A stretch of DNA of 64,000 nt from Trichoplax sp. H2 (taxonomy: Eukaryota), in NCBI GenBank assembly GCA_003344405.1, contig NOWV01000014.1, positions 744,001 through 808,000 of the forward strand. Reading direction: 5' to 3'. Positions 40,297-54,200 of the stretch are shown piece after piece (the first letter of the stretch is position 1; every line of letters begins with the position of its first letter). The position numbers and the translations under genes were made by a program. The notes beneath the pieces are model-generated. The model had not been told where the DNA came from and did not search any database. It was given only the letters and a program-made list of their open reading frames with translations.

Positions 40297-41817
40297 TATA
40301 TTGATACCTTTTGGGTCGATGATTACGTTGTATATTTTTATAGTACAATTACAAAAGTCATCATTGATGATTGATTGATGTTGCAACTACATCTTATTTG
40401 TGTTACAGTAACTATGGAGCACTTCTATGAAAAAGGATATAGTAAATCGATTGTTTTAAATGCCGCAAGTATTGTGAGAGTCACGAGTTAGAAGAATTAT
40501 TGTAATAACAATATACTGTACAGGATAGTGTCTCCAGTTAATAATTAAGCAACATAATTTCATAAAGACTTTACTAAAACCGTAGTGATGTGGCTAAGGA
40601 TCGACTGGATATTCAATGTTTATAGAATTTTCGATTGTAGTCTTGTTCTGATATATATTAATTATCAATGTGTACGTATTAAGTTAGTGACTTTTACGGC
40701 TTTGTATAAGTTCATGAATTTTAATGAGTCCTGTTTAGTTTCAATTATAAATTAGCTTTCATTTAATAGTCACCTTTTTAGGCACTGTTATAAATTTTAA
40801 ACTCGAGCTGTTTTTACTGATACAATCGTGTTATTATACTCAAATAAAATTTAATTTACGCATCATATTTGCTATCGACCTTCAGTAATATTGTAGGATG
40901 CACTCTAGCTAATCTCACTGTATCAGTGAGCTTGAAATATAATAAATAGTAGTAGCTCTCGAATGTTCTTGAAATGAGAGACATCATGACGCTAAGCTAT
41001 TGGCATGAACTTACAGGTTTTAAAATCTAGAAATCTATGGTATTGGTAATGTTTTTAAGGAAAGTAATACTTATTTATGACTTTATGATGGATTTGCTGA
41101 AGAACATCTAAGGTCATCAGTAACTTTGTAATCCTTGACAATAGCAGAATATCGTAAATTCATTTATTGCCATTCAATCATTTTGCCTACTTACTACTTT
41201 AGATTTTGCATAGATTTCAACTATAACCCAATGTGTTCTTGTACAGCCAAATACAGTATCTCATCGTAAACTTCAGTATTTTTCGACAGATATTATTTCG
41301 CTCGAAGACGCAATTACCCCAGATCAATCGCTTGTATTTGCGGAAGCCATAACATAGTGCATGGCTTGTATCAGAGAATCGTGCATTACTTTTACTTTAG
41401 GCTATATAGCACACTATTTGCCATAGACTTTCGAAGCAGTCATAATTAAACACTGTTCAAATCAAATAGCATTCGTAAAATTAATTTTCGATTTGAATGA
41501 ATCACAGAGCAATTTATTACCGTATCATGAAATTAAGCCCGACTATGTAACTAATTATGTAAAACAAAGTTCATCCTAGTACTCTAGGCACTATTCAGGT
41601 AGCTATACCGTAACATGGTATAGAAATACTTAGTAAATAGCTCAATTTAACGGAAAATAAGGTTCGAGGCCTATTTTCATGTGACAAGCGTAGCACCAAT
41701 ATTATCATACAGCTATGACCATCGATGTTCTACTTAATTTTATCATCTTATAATGAAACTTCTAGATTTGATATATGCCAGTATAGCGAGAGAGGTTAAT
41801 AGTAACTCACTAAATTA

Positions 41818-43554
41818 TCAGTCTTTCGCAGAAAATGCAGGATTATCATATTCATTCGTAGATGACTCCAGGCGATCCAGATTATACTCCGGCCCTATAG
41901 TTATGTAATATCGTGTTTGATGTTTAGTCTTCAAGTTACATAGTACCTAGAGGCGACTGTATAATAAGACCGCCTCATAGACGGAATATACGGAGTTCTA
42001 ACACCATGTGGAATTGTTTATTATTACTAGTAAACGTAGCATTTACTTACTGGGCAAATCTGATCTTTTACTTGATGGGTGTTTAACATCGATCATGCTT
42101 GGATTGTTTGATAGTGAATAAAGACGATAAGGAAGTAAAGAAAGTGTTTACTATAGTTTATGGCTAAGATGACAGTGTGAGAATAGGCTAAACTAGATCA
42201 GTGGCATAAATGATAGCGCTCTGATACTAAAGTAATAACGATAATTAATCTGTAATAGAACTTTCCCTTTCTTCTGTAGGAAAATATATGCTGCCAAAAT
42301 TATTGCAACACCAATTATGCTTTCAATAGCAATACCGATATACGTGCCAGCTGAAATAAATACATCACTGTCAGTATGACGATAACTGCAACCTATATAT
42401 GATTGCATTATATATATAGTGTATTAGGTTGCTTTTACCGTTTTGTGTTGCAGGACTTTGACAGTTATCTCCACCAAAGCCTCCAGAACAGCTAAAATCG
42501 GATAAAAATTTATGAACATGCATTACTTGAATTCTTAATTTTAATTTTAAAATCCTAATACGCGTATTTTTTTATATTAAAATTTCTTCGGGTATAAAAT
42601 ATATCTGAGTAAGGAATATCAACTAAACCGATTTTCAAAGTGGCTATATAACTAAAAAATTATAATATTTGATTACTACAATACCTGTAAGTTGGCTTGT
42701 TATTCATGTTACTTTGACCATTGTGGCTACAATGCCCTCGTGAACAAACAAAGTCTGCATTGCGCGGACGTCGGGGTCAAAGATAAACATAGCATGAATA
42801 AATATAGACGTTGTACGTAAAGTTAGGATAGATAAATTAAGAATGTATTAACAATTCTTAGTTTCAGAGTTATCTAGTCTGAGCGGTAAATAATAACTTC
42901 CCCTCTACATACTTATATTTGATGGATTAGACATTAAAATTTGATTATTAGTTGGATTCCGAGCGCGTCATGAAAACACTCCATCGTCACCGATTGACAA
43001 CGGGCTGAAAGTTAGATAAGATGTAATTCTAGATTTCAGATTGCTAACTACTTCCGTGATGTTAGTAGTATTTCTAGAAGTAAACGCTGTATTATCTTTC
43101 ATCCATGTTATAGAAAGTAGGGGCCGCCCTACAGCTACATTCTAATCTTGCAAAAGAGCCAACCTTGAATGTACTTGTATTAGCGGCAATAGATAGTATA
43201 GCAACTCCGATAGCTACAATAAATTAAAATGTACAGCACACTATTTGTACAAGATGCTCAATTATTTCCCATCATTCATTTATCGTCTTACTTTGAAAAA
43301 GGTATCACATGGATTTCCAATAATTCCAAAGTTACAGCTAAAATATTAAAAGGAGGCCACTAAGGCTATCGTAATAGTGTTTTGCATGAATATTAATTAC
43401 CTAAGTCAGGTGAAGCTAAATTTGGTACTATTAGGAATAGCATTTTTCCTGTTGTTAAACCAAAATATGCTTTATCTGCCTTGCAATAAATCGCTACCAA
43501 CGATATTACTACATGTTCCATTACCATTACAAAATTTCGGAAAGCAAGACATTC
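41818..43554 (-). pseudogene. Unprocessed pseudogene fragment (EGF-Ig-EGF-TM-cytoplasmic tail) paralogous to the 3' end of the 51.3-64 kb receptor
   Basis: Exon-by-exon homology to 55.58-55.31 kb and 53.1-51.28 kb. Lesions: frameshift after 'ARLEC' (~43135), TGA replacing the second Ig Cys (42968-42970), Cys->Gly, Cys->Ser and Cys->Tyr changes in EGF exons, and lost GT donors at ~43475 and ~42265. Confidence 0.85.
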
Positions 43555-45091
43555 CTAATTTACAATCACAGGAACGAATTCGATTGTGTAAATCAAAAAA
43601 TCAAGCATTTAATATTCTAACCAGACATTAATATACGGATTTAGAATCTTAAATATTATCAACAAGCTATACGTAATAAATAACAGCGGAAAGATAGGTT
43701 TGACCAACGTGTAGCGTTAACAATTGATATCTAAGCCATAAACAAGTAGACTTACTCCTAGCTAGGGCACCAGCAATTTCTTGTGTGGTTTCAGTATGAG
43801 TTACTTAAGCTACCTTTACATGATCGGCGTGTTACTAGTACAAGTGATACCTTTTCTTCTCAAAACAAGTAACTGAAAGACCAGTGACATTCGGTCAGAC
43901 TTTTGTGGCTTGCCGCTGAAAATATTCAATTTTTTATATTTGTAGCCGTTAGATACTTGGTCATTGAACGATTATTGGCTTAGACTTTGCCACCTGAAAA
44001 GTACTACAGTGGCTTCTATCTCAGTATAGAGAGAAGTGTGGTTAATGTATATTGTAATAAAATAATTCGAAAGAGTTTATAACTTAACTAATTAATGAGA
44101 TGTAAACGGCAAATTATCGCTTACTGTTGGACGCAAACTGCTCATGTAAAGCTAGCTTAATGTATTCCTTAACACATAACTGCTGTAATTAGCTGAAATC
44201 ATTACGTTGCTGTAGTATTTAATTGTAATCAATTGTTACGGTGTTGCCTTGTCATTAGGATAGTTGAATAAGTACAGTAATAGCTAGTATGGAGAATATC
44301 CATATTTGTAGTGCTAGGTAAGATAAGTAATGCCTTAACGTGGATGTTGTTTGTAGTAGTTCATTACATGTTTGATATTGATTGTTATTGAGTGATAGAT
44401 AGCAATAAGATGATTCAAATTCTAGTTGATGATAGTTGAATTAGACAACCTACGAGCTTAGATTAAGATTAAGTATGAGTAAGAGATTCAAAATATTTAC
44501 AGATAGAAAAGCTATAGTAATTGGTACTAGTTGGTAGCGTGACAGGCGTATAAAGAAATTATTGATAATATTTATAGCAATAACTAGAGGAACAGCATCA
44601 TGAGATTATTTTTAATTATTATCTTTTTCATCTATGTATCATCATTGTTCGACCGTGGTAAACAGACTCATCTGAATTAGTTTACGCCTATATAGTAATT
44701 ATGTGAATAGAAAATAATTAGATAATGACAGTGTTAAGGAAAATAGCAGTAACCAGATAAGGTAGCAAATAATATATTAATTAAATTATAATATGACAAA
44801 TGATTATATCAACTAATCTATATGAATTATTTACCGTTACACTTCCTATTTACAGATAAATTATACATCTTATAACTTATAATTCATGCTCAATAAATTG
44901 AAACTTAAAATCTTTTCCGATAGAAATTTATTCTTATATGTCATCTTTACTATGGTGTGAAACGTGTAGCATGATATCAAATATTTCATCCATCAAGTAG
45001 ATATAGGTAATAAGATCTAAGTCATATAAAGCTAATAATGTAATATACTGCAATTAGTTGTGTGACTTGTAGCAATATGCCAATGGCCGGA

Positions 45092-45245
45092 TTAAAGTAA
45101 CCAGGGACTACTCAACTAAAAATTCTCCCTCAAAAGCCGTAACTAAAAAATTTTTCGCCTACATTAAATACACGGAACTAGGGGAAAAACATTTTAGTTA
45201 CGGCTTTTAAAGGAGAATTTTTAGTTAAGTAGTTCTTAAAGTAAC
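45092..45245. mobile_element. Foldback MITE-like element with long inverted arms and 10-bp flanking direct repeats
   Basis: Imperfect inverted arms of ~55 bp (actactcaactaaaaattctccctcaaaagccgtaactaaaa / ttttagttacggcttttaaaggagaatttttagttaagtagt). Identical TTAAAGTAAC at 45092-45101 and 45236-45245. Confidence 0.65.
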
Positions 45246-47072
45246 ATAGAAGATGTGACAACTATGATTCTCATCATTCATAAAATTTAAGATTACGTCA
45301 TTAATCAATTATTTAGGCTATGCTACACAGTTTGTCAAGTGCGCTCGTTTATTTATACCATCTTTTGTAGGAAACTTATAAATGAATAAAGATGATTTTT
45401 AATTTATATTAAATAGCCAGATATTGTCGAGCTGATTAATTACGGTATTGACAAAGAATGGAAAATAAAGGACAGTCTTTAAATTATCCAATAAACTTTC
45501 AGATTAATTAACAGCTGGTAAGTGTAACTTTCTTAAACATCACGCAAACGGTCTGATGAGGTTATTATTAATCATTATTATAGGAAAGGCAATGCAAATT
45601 CATCATTTTAAACTGTAATTTAGTTATTACTATAGGTAATATTACCTTGTGAAGTAATGCCAACTATATTTTTCGGCTTAGCTCTTACAAATAAGAGCAC
45701 GCTTTCATTCTTTTAAATAAATAGGAAATTCCCAATATTATGTTACTTGCTATGATACCGATGTAACAGCCCAAATTGTAAATCTATAGGAATGTATATC
45801 CTGGCCAATCTAGTTTACTGCTTATGCAATAAAATCAGAATTTATTTGACTATTACGGTCAGTCTGAGAATTGGCCGCTTAATTCTTATGAATAATGGTA
45901 ACATTGTCATTGTTAAGAGTAAACATATCAAATTCTTTTCAATTCATCAAAAAGAACTTAAATTATTTATTATAATCAGTCACAATTGCACATTACGACG
46001 ACTTTTTTTCAATGGATTTACTATATAAGTTGGAGTCAAATGTATCTTAAGAACTAGACCACCTAGTTGGAACATTTCCAACTAACTCAATTACAGGGAA
46101 AACTTGCCTAATTATTAATATATTCAAATTCTTACACTGATTGTAAAAATATTTGATATATTTAAACATGAATAAATATGCAGTAGCAAGAATAAAAATT
46201 CTGTTTTTCAGCATCACATTCAATAATAAATAACTCAAGCAATTACGACATCTGTTTTGTTCTTTGCTTATGAATTTCTGCTAAGAAGTCCCTGGTTACG
46301 TTTTTAGCTTAACATCTTGTCACTTACACTTACATACAATTATCTAAATAATAAAACTTTGACAATTACTTATAAAAAATTATGTTTAGGACGGTAAATT
46401 TATCCATTAGACTACTCATGATCATGTTAGAGTTACATATATAATGCAAAGCAAAATTTGCTATCGGCTGCCAACATTTACTTAAGATAATGTCAATTAC
46501 CATGATAACAATATAATTTCTGACTACACAAAACTAAATTTCTTACAATACTTTCGCCAATACAGAAAGTTATCCTGATAAATACTTAAAATTAAATAAC
46601 ATTTGATAATAGTTATTATAATTTTACAATTGATTTGTTGCAATAGCCCAATAATATCATATCAAAAACATCTTAGTTTGTTTACCTAAATCGTTACTAA
46701 TTGTATTATAAAGTTTGTCCTTTCATCTATTTAAAGATTTCATTCTCACTCGGTAACGTAATTAATGTAAGTAAAAGAGATAATTTTTAAACCATACCAG
46801 ACCAATAATTGGCTCTTTAGATGATTGTATTTCTTTCCAGGACAAACTCATCGATTGATCTGATCGTTTTAATATTTGGATTTGATACCCATATTCTCAT
46901 TAATGCTGGTACGGTAACACCAAATGAATAATTTATTTGTATTATGATCAAGATAGAGAAACATTTTCAGTTATTTTAAGCTAAAGATCTACGATGAATT
47001 AATTCCTATTTTCCTTATTTTCGTCCTTACTCAATCATTTCCACATTGATTTCGACATAGACCGATGCCATC

Positions 47073-48074
47073 ATGAACGAATCTAGCGAAAATAACACCA
47101 TCGATTATGAACTAATTAATAGCATAGCATTTCTATCGGCTATTCCGATCACTATTATTGGCTTAGTAGTGAATTTATTCATTCTTTATATTCTCATCTC
47201 AGATAAAAATTTTCATAAAACTACTTACTATCTAATACTATTCTCCGTTCTATCTGATATCGCGTCCACAGGCGCATCTAGTTTATCTTTTACTACTGGA
47301 TCCGTACTGCAACTGCAACTCTATCAAGGCACAATACTTTGTCGCATGTTCATTTTCATCATTCTGGCATCATATGGCGTATCGATGATGACATTATGCA
47401 TTATAAGTGCCGATCGTTACATGGCGATTGTTAAACCAATGTCTCAATTCTATCGTCGATATAAGAAACTTATCATCTTCCTATTACAAATGGCAGTTTG
47501 CTGTATATCGCTTGTAATGGCAATACCAGCTTTACTATTTATAGGTACTTATTCTGATGATACGAAATTTTGTGATTTTCCTACCGTAACTTCATCAACT
47601 GCCCTATACTTTATCATGAGTTCGATTGTATTATATTTTATGCCAGTAACCTTCTTAGTAGTGGCATACTGTAAAATTATATTCCACATGAAAAATCATA
47701 TTAGGCCACCTGGATTATCAGTTCAACAAGCGGCCGAACGAAATCTAAAGAAACGAAAATTTATTCGATCCTTGATGTCTATCACAGCCGCGTACGTATT
47801 AACTACTTGGCCATTTTGGGCGACAAGTATAGGCATGGCAATCACACAAAAATCAATGCGCCAAATTCGCCAGCTAGGTCTATTCTGGTATCTTTTAGCA
47901 TTTGCATCATTCACGGTAACTACTTCAATTAGTGTGGTTAATCCTTTTCTATATTTAAAATTTGATAGCAATATCAGAAAAAAAGCAGCAGCTCTACTGA
48001 AGAGGTCAGCTGATGCCAATGACTATTATAATCCATCAACTCGAATAACAGTTATGACTCAAAACACAGTATAA
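47073..48074 (+). CDS. Intronless class A GPCR (peptide-receptor-like orphan)
   Basis: 333-aa ORF with N-glycosylation sites (NES, NNT), seven TM segments, TM2 'LSD', TM3 Cys plus 'SADRY', an ECL2 Cys, TM5 'YFMP', TM6 'TWPF' and TM7 'NPFLY'. Confidence 0.92.
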   Translation: MNESSENNTIDYELINSIAFLSAIPITIIGLVVNLFILYILISDKNFHKTTYYLILFSVLSDIASTGASSLSFTTGSVLQLQLYQGTILCRMFIFIILASYGVSMMTLCIISADRYMAIVKPMSQFYRRYKKLIIFLLQMAVCCISLVMAIPALLFIGTYSDDTKFCDFPTVTSSTALYFIMSSIVLYFMPVTFLVVAYCKIIFHMKNHIRPPGLSVQQAAERNLKKRKFIRSLMSITAAYVLTTWPFWATSIGMAITQKSMRQIRQLGLFWYLLAFASFTVTTSISVVNPFLYLKFDSNIRKKAAALLKRSADANDYYNPSTRITVMTQNTV

Positions 48075-51000
48075 TAAAATATAAGAGTGTTACAATTATT
48101 ACTTTGCGCACATTTATACAAAGTTTGAAGCTTAATAAGGAAATGGTGATAATTGGTCAAAATATACCCTGTAATGGATTTTACTATTATTTTCTGGACA
48201 AATGCCACCTTTTCGTAGACTCCAATATTATTGAAATTTAAATCAAAATATATACCTTATTTTAATTTAAGCTTGAACGTAAAGAGTCTCTTAGCCTAAC
48301 TATACGTGTATATGAGAAATTTATCGAATTTATTTCTATATGATATTACTTTGGAATATATTAACAGTCATTTTATTGCTAATTAAGGGTAGCGAAAGTA
48401 AAACTTCTTCCGATGGAATGACTTATTTTATGTCAGTTACTTTGTAAGAAGCTATCATTATTAGCTCAACGAATTGATGAAACTTTATGAAGCTATAATA
48501 ATTTTCTACTCGCATATTCCGTTATATTTAGAATTTTCAATAAATCCAACATATTTTAAAGTTTTAACTGGTACTAAAGTTCATTTTACTTAGGTTGAAT
48601 CAATCAATTGGCTGAAAGAAAGTATTTGCCCGTTTTACTCGATATTAAATCTGTTACATCATATTGAATGGATCAATCAATCAATCAATCACGTCCGTTC
48701 ATTCTTAAACGGGCAGATTTTTACGTCAAAGTAAAAAAAAATTAAACAATACATCATATATAAGTTAAGGAACTTCTTAATACATCGTAATAGTATTGCA
48801 AGAGTTGCTGGTACGACTGCTACTTAAAATAGTTAGATAAAGCGTTTTTTTTATAATCAGGCTGTATACGTAATTAATGTCAGTATTCCAATCCGGTCTA
48901 ATCAAATCGTCCGGTTCAGGACTATTCAAGTAAGCAGCTAGATTTTGCAATTGTGGCAGTAATTTAGACTGTTTATCAATTCAAATATTACATTAATTCA
49001 GATACATATCTTACCAAGAATTGTTATTTCGATAATGAATTAAGAAAAATTGCCGGAACTTAATGAAAGATGATTTAAATTAGATTATAATTTAAAATAC
49101 TAAAGTCTTCTACTCGAAATAGAACTCAATTAGTGTTGTTTAAACTTTCTATTGTTTAAGTTTAATGTAAAAGCCTGGAAACATGAATTTAGTATCACAC
49201 TTTAGTTGCTTCCATTTAAAGAAGTTCATTCGTGATAATAATAAAGTATACCATACGTAGCAACATACACAGCATAGATGTAATTTAAACTAGCAATTCT
49301 ATATCTTGGCGTAGGAGATAAAGTTTGTTTAAAAATATCTTTGAGATTATTTAAAATTGCTGTCGGATGTTCTGAAGGCTATATCAAGCCTATGTACATT
49401 TATAGGAAACCTGATGGACAATGTGTAGATAAATATTTAAATCTGTCTTAAAATTTCATATAAAATGGATCATTCTTTTATCAGCTATTTCAGATTAATT
49501 GATGCATTACTTTCAAGCGATAATGTTTGACTAGTTAAAATCCGTTCCATATTTTATGAATTTATGAATGTTCGTCATATTTATCGACTAATTGCGGTGA
49601 TAAAATTAATATAAGATAACGCTAAAGATTATGGTACATACTAACTCAAGCTTTGCAATAGCTAATAAAAATGAATTCGGTTACAGTTATATCATCCATT
49701 CCATATGAGATATAGAATCAGAAACACTTAAGTTACTATTAATAATATAGTGCAATTTTCATATACACCAGATTTATATTTGGCTTTTACTCTCATTCAA
49801 TTTTATCGAAGACATAAGGTACTATAACTTGATTCAAAAGTTAATTATATTCTTACCACTCCTCATACATAAACTACAGGTATTTTCTCCAGTTGTGTTT
49901 CTTTCCATGCGTTATAAGAGCGATTCTCAATCGTCTATTAGGCCAATTATTTCTGCTAGTTACACCACAATCTTATACATTTACGTTATTCTACTCTATA
50001 TTAGCTGCTCGACTGTATCACATCAATTAATATTATGTGCTACATGATTTTTCTCAATACTGATTGCAATAAAGAGTACGATATTTGTTACTTCTAATTA
50101 AACCGCCATTCTTTACTGTTTCAGTGACTTTCGATCTGCAGAAACATCACATTAATGTAATATTTTGTATATTTAATAGATTTGCTTTGTTGTCCTTTCT
50201 GTTTCTCGTTCATTTATATAATCATTTTTCTGGTATAAGGGCAAGTTTTAAAGTTTTGACTAACCGATACCGTAATTTGTAGATCGAAGAGACCTTGACT
50301 ACCTAAATAATTTTGTATTTAACGATAATTTGCACCCTAAAATGAATTACGATATAATGCTAATAATAAATTTACATAGTTAATATCTAAATTGAAAATA
50401 TATCAGTTAAATAGGTCGTAACAGTCCAAAATGTAAGTAGTTCGCTGCAGTTTATTCCCCAAAATTTATCCTAAAATAGGAGCCATGAAACTATGGTTTT
50501 TCATAATTTGATCGACTTTAGTACATAATGTAGTAGATTCAAGATAAAATAGTCAGTCTAATTGTACTAATAAAGCTATAAGACAGTGTTATTACCCTAA
50601 TCTTCGGCATATTTGTTCATTAAACTATGCTACGTAGCATCTAGGTGAATAGAAAGATATTCAGTGTTTTTGATAGCATAACACTGATTTATAATTAAAT
50701 TTTTTGTTAGATGGCTACGTGATGTAATAGCGAAACTATCTAAAAAATAAGGCTACCAGCATTTTTTGATTTTTCGGGAAAATACTAAATATTTTGATCA
50801 AATTAAGATAATCGATGACAGAGAATTGAACAAAATTAAAATTTACAGCACAGCTATTATTTTATGAAATGAATAAAACCCTGAAATAATTTTATTCTTA
50901 AAATAATGATTATCCAAAATGTTTGTTTGTATAAATAACTAAACACTATCACAACAACGGAAATGCTGGAAAAGAGAGCGAGTAGATCCTCATATCTTGT

Positions 51001-51277
51001 GTATTAACGTTGAATAGATAAACTGTAATGTATGTATTTGCAGCTAGAATTTCTTGATTTGAAATACACTAGTATAGCATTACGCTTAAGCTTAAAATGT
51101 TGGAACAAAATGTAGATTAATAGTGACTTACTTTATATAACTGGCATTAACTTCAAGTAATCGTATCCGTAAACGTATGCTACTGAGTATGCTAGGTTAA
51201 ATTGATATCTAAAATAATATTTCGAATACGATATGTGCCAGCCACCGACATAAGTCAGGGAAGCTCACGGTAATACA

Positions 51278-54200
51278 TCAATCTTCTTTACAAAATTCAG
51301 TACTAGTATATTCTTCGGTTAGAGATGAAATAAGAACATTCATGTCAAGATCTTTTCCTCCTAAAATTTAATGTTATGAATGATAACTCGGCCTCAGAAT
51401 GTGTGGCATCAAAAGATTACTGTATAGTAAGAGCGTTGTATAGGCTAAATATCCAGGATTTCTAGGGTAATCGAAATATTCTATATATTACTAGTGACTT
51501 TTTTGGTACATACCTAAGTTCATTGTAGGTCTTTTAAGTGCTAGACATCTAGTCCCAATAAATCTAAAATCATAAAATATTTAATAATGAAGGTGGAAAT
51601 AAAAGCGTATATATAAGTTCAATCTAAGATTACAATATGGATCTACACCAAATTCGGTTTATTAGCATTATGATTCTATATCACTATAACTTATATACTA
51701 CGCAGACAAAATTTACTAACCGAATTATACAGAAAAAACAAGAAAATATTCTATGTATATATATATACTATTATTCCAATAATAAATATGCTAGTCGGTA
51801 GCAGAGCTTACCTTTTCCTCCATAGTAAAGCGAATACTCCTACAACTGCCAGGACTCCAACAATACATCCAACAGCAACTCCAATAATTGTGCCATCTGA
51901 AATACATTTAGTGAGCAATGCAGTGATTTGAATTTCAGAATGAATATATAAATTCATAGCAATAAATCTATAATAGTGATGGCTGATTGTTTCTTACTAG
52001 TTTGTGTTATAGGACTTTGACAGTTATCACCACCAAAACCTCCTGAACAGCTAAATAATGAATACAAAGTTTACAAAATTCCTATATTTTAATTCCGTCA
52101 GATTGTAGGTACTAGGGTAATAAATCAAAATTTGAGGTACAGAGAACGTTAAACTCTAATGGTAATCTATAATGGAAAGTTTGTATATTTGTAAACGAAT
52201 CGATAATTGAATAAGGATAAAAGAAACGAATTAGATTATTATTTAGAAATATGAGTAATGATTTCATCGCACCCAGAGTTTAAGGATGGAATGAAGATAA
52301 GTATAATTTTACACTAACACCCAATTTTTTAAACAATTACATTAACATTCGTTACTTCTAAAGTAATTTCCTAAACTATTGCACGGCTTTGTCAAGATTT
52401 AACTAGTATGTTAAATGTTGATACAAACTCAAAAATAATGAAAACCGAGCGTAATATGAATTTGTTAACATTCTTTGGGATACAAATGATAACTAGGTAT
52501 GGTCCCAAATATCGCTTAAATCTATTTCATCATGGCTGTATGACTGATGACTGAGAATAATCTTCAACTTTTCCTTACCTGCAAATTGGTATATTGTTTT
52601 GCATGTTACATTGCCCATTATTACTACAATACTCTTCTGAGCAAACAAAGCCTAGACAGTTGTCAACGAATAGTATATCAGTTCCAAAGATACATTCATG
52701 TGTGATATGCACACATATGTAAAGAAGAAATTTCTTAGATACTTCAAAACATATCGCTAATATCATAATTAAGTAGCTTCAGTAGTAACTAATTCTTCTC
52801 CCTACTTATACGACTTGGAACTGAAGATAAGACATGGTTATTAGTAGGATCTTTAACACGGCACGAATAAACTCCACTATCACGGATCGATAGCGGGCTA
52901 AAAGCTAGGTAAGACGTAATTCTAGATTTCTCTTGGCTGACAATTTCTATAATTTTGCTAGTATTTCCTGTTACTAAAGTCGCCTCATCTTTCGTCCAAG
53001 TTAAAGAGGGCAGTGGACGTCCTATGGCTTGACACTGTAATCTTGCATAAGAGCCGACTTTGAATGTACTTGTGTTAGTAGAGATAGATTCTACACCGAC
53101 TGGAATCACTATAATGTATTAATCATACCGAACGATTATTAATTTTTTACAATAATATTTAAAATCAAATAGAAAGGGAGTAAAATTATACAAAACTGAC
53201 TCTCTAATTGAGTTTCGCAATTTTTGCCAATGTACAAAGGACCGCAGCTAAATATTTTAAAATTGGAATTAAGAGTAAGTTTAACAACATACATGTATTT
53301 TAGTTCCTGTCAGAAGTTTCGAAGAGAAAAGTAGCAGTAAGAATGTGATCATATCGCTAGAAATTAGCTTATTGCATAGGTGTAGCTTAATGACTACCGG
53401 TATTGTGTGATACAATATTTTGGGGGGGATATAGCTGTACTTGGTATATATTATAAATACTAGAATTTAATTTCACATGCGATATTTCTTGTACAAGTAC
53501 ATTTACTGATATTACAATGTAATTCTTTAGTACTAATTCTGGGAATGTATAATATTGCACACTATGGGCAAGTACTTAATAGTATCTAATTTAACGCTAA
53601 TTTTGCATGAAACATCCCGTACATGATACATCGCGCTAATTCTGTACTGTTACTCTTTCAGTATACAGTATCGGTATGCAAATAATTTAGAACAATCTTA
53701 ATTAAAAATTTGAGCTTATGGAACGTGATCCATTGGCCTCATTATATACAAAATCGTGATAGGCAGCCGCGTAAATACTCGAATGTACATTAATGAGAAT
53801 TTACTGCAGCTACTAGGTGAGTATGCTAGTGTACATAACTACCATACACTTTTTTATAGTACAGTTTATCAAATTACGGTACTTCATTTCGCCTTTAAAA
53901 GTATCTTTGGAAATTTAATGTACCATGCAAACCCACTTCTTATTAAGTACTCAGGTATGGCGTATTCATTAAAAAAATACCGTAGTTTTATTTGTGTGTA
54001 TTAATTATCGTCAATTAGAAATTTCTAACATTATTGAAGTAATAATATTTATAATTTGCATCGTCAGTAGAACAGTGTTTGTCAAACCTATTTACCGGCT
54101 TGCGTAGGATTAGAAAGGTAAAGTATTTACCTGCATTTAGGTCCAGAACTTTCTTGATTACATCGGCCTTGCGAATTGCAAAACGCAGGAGAACAAGAGA

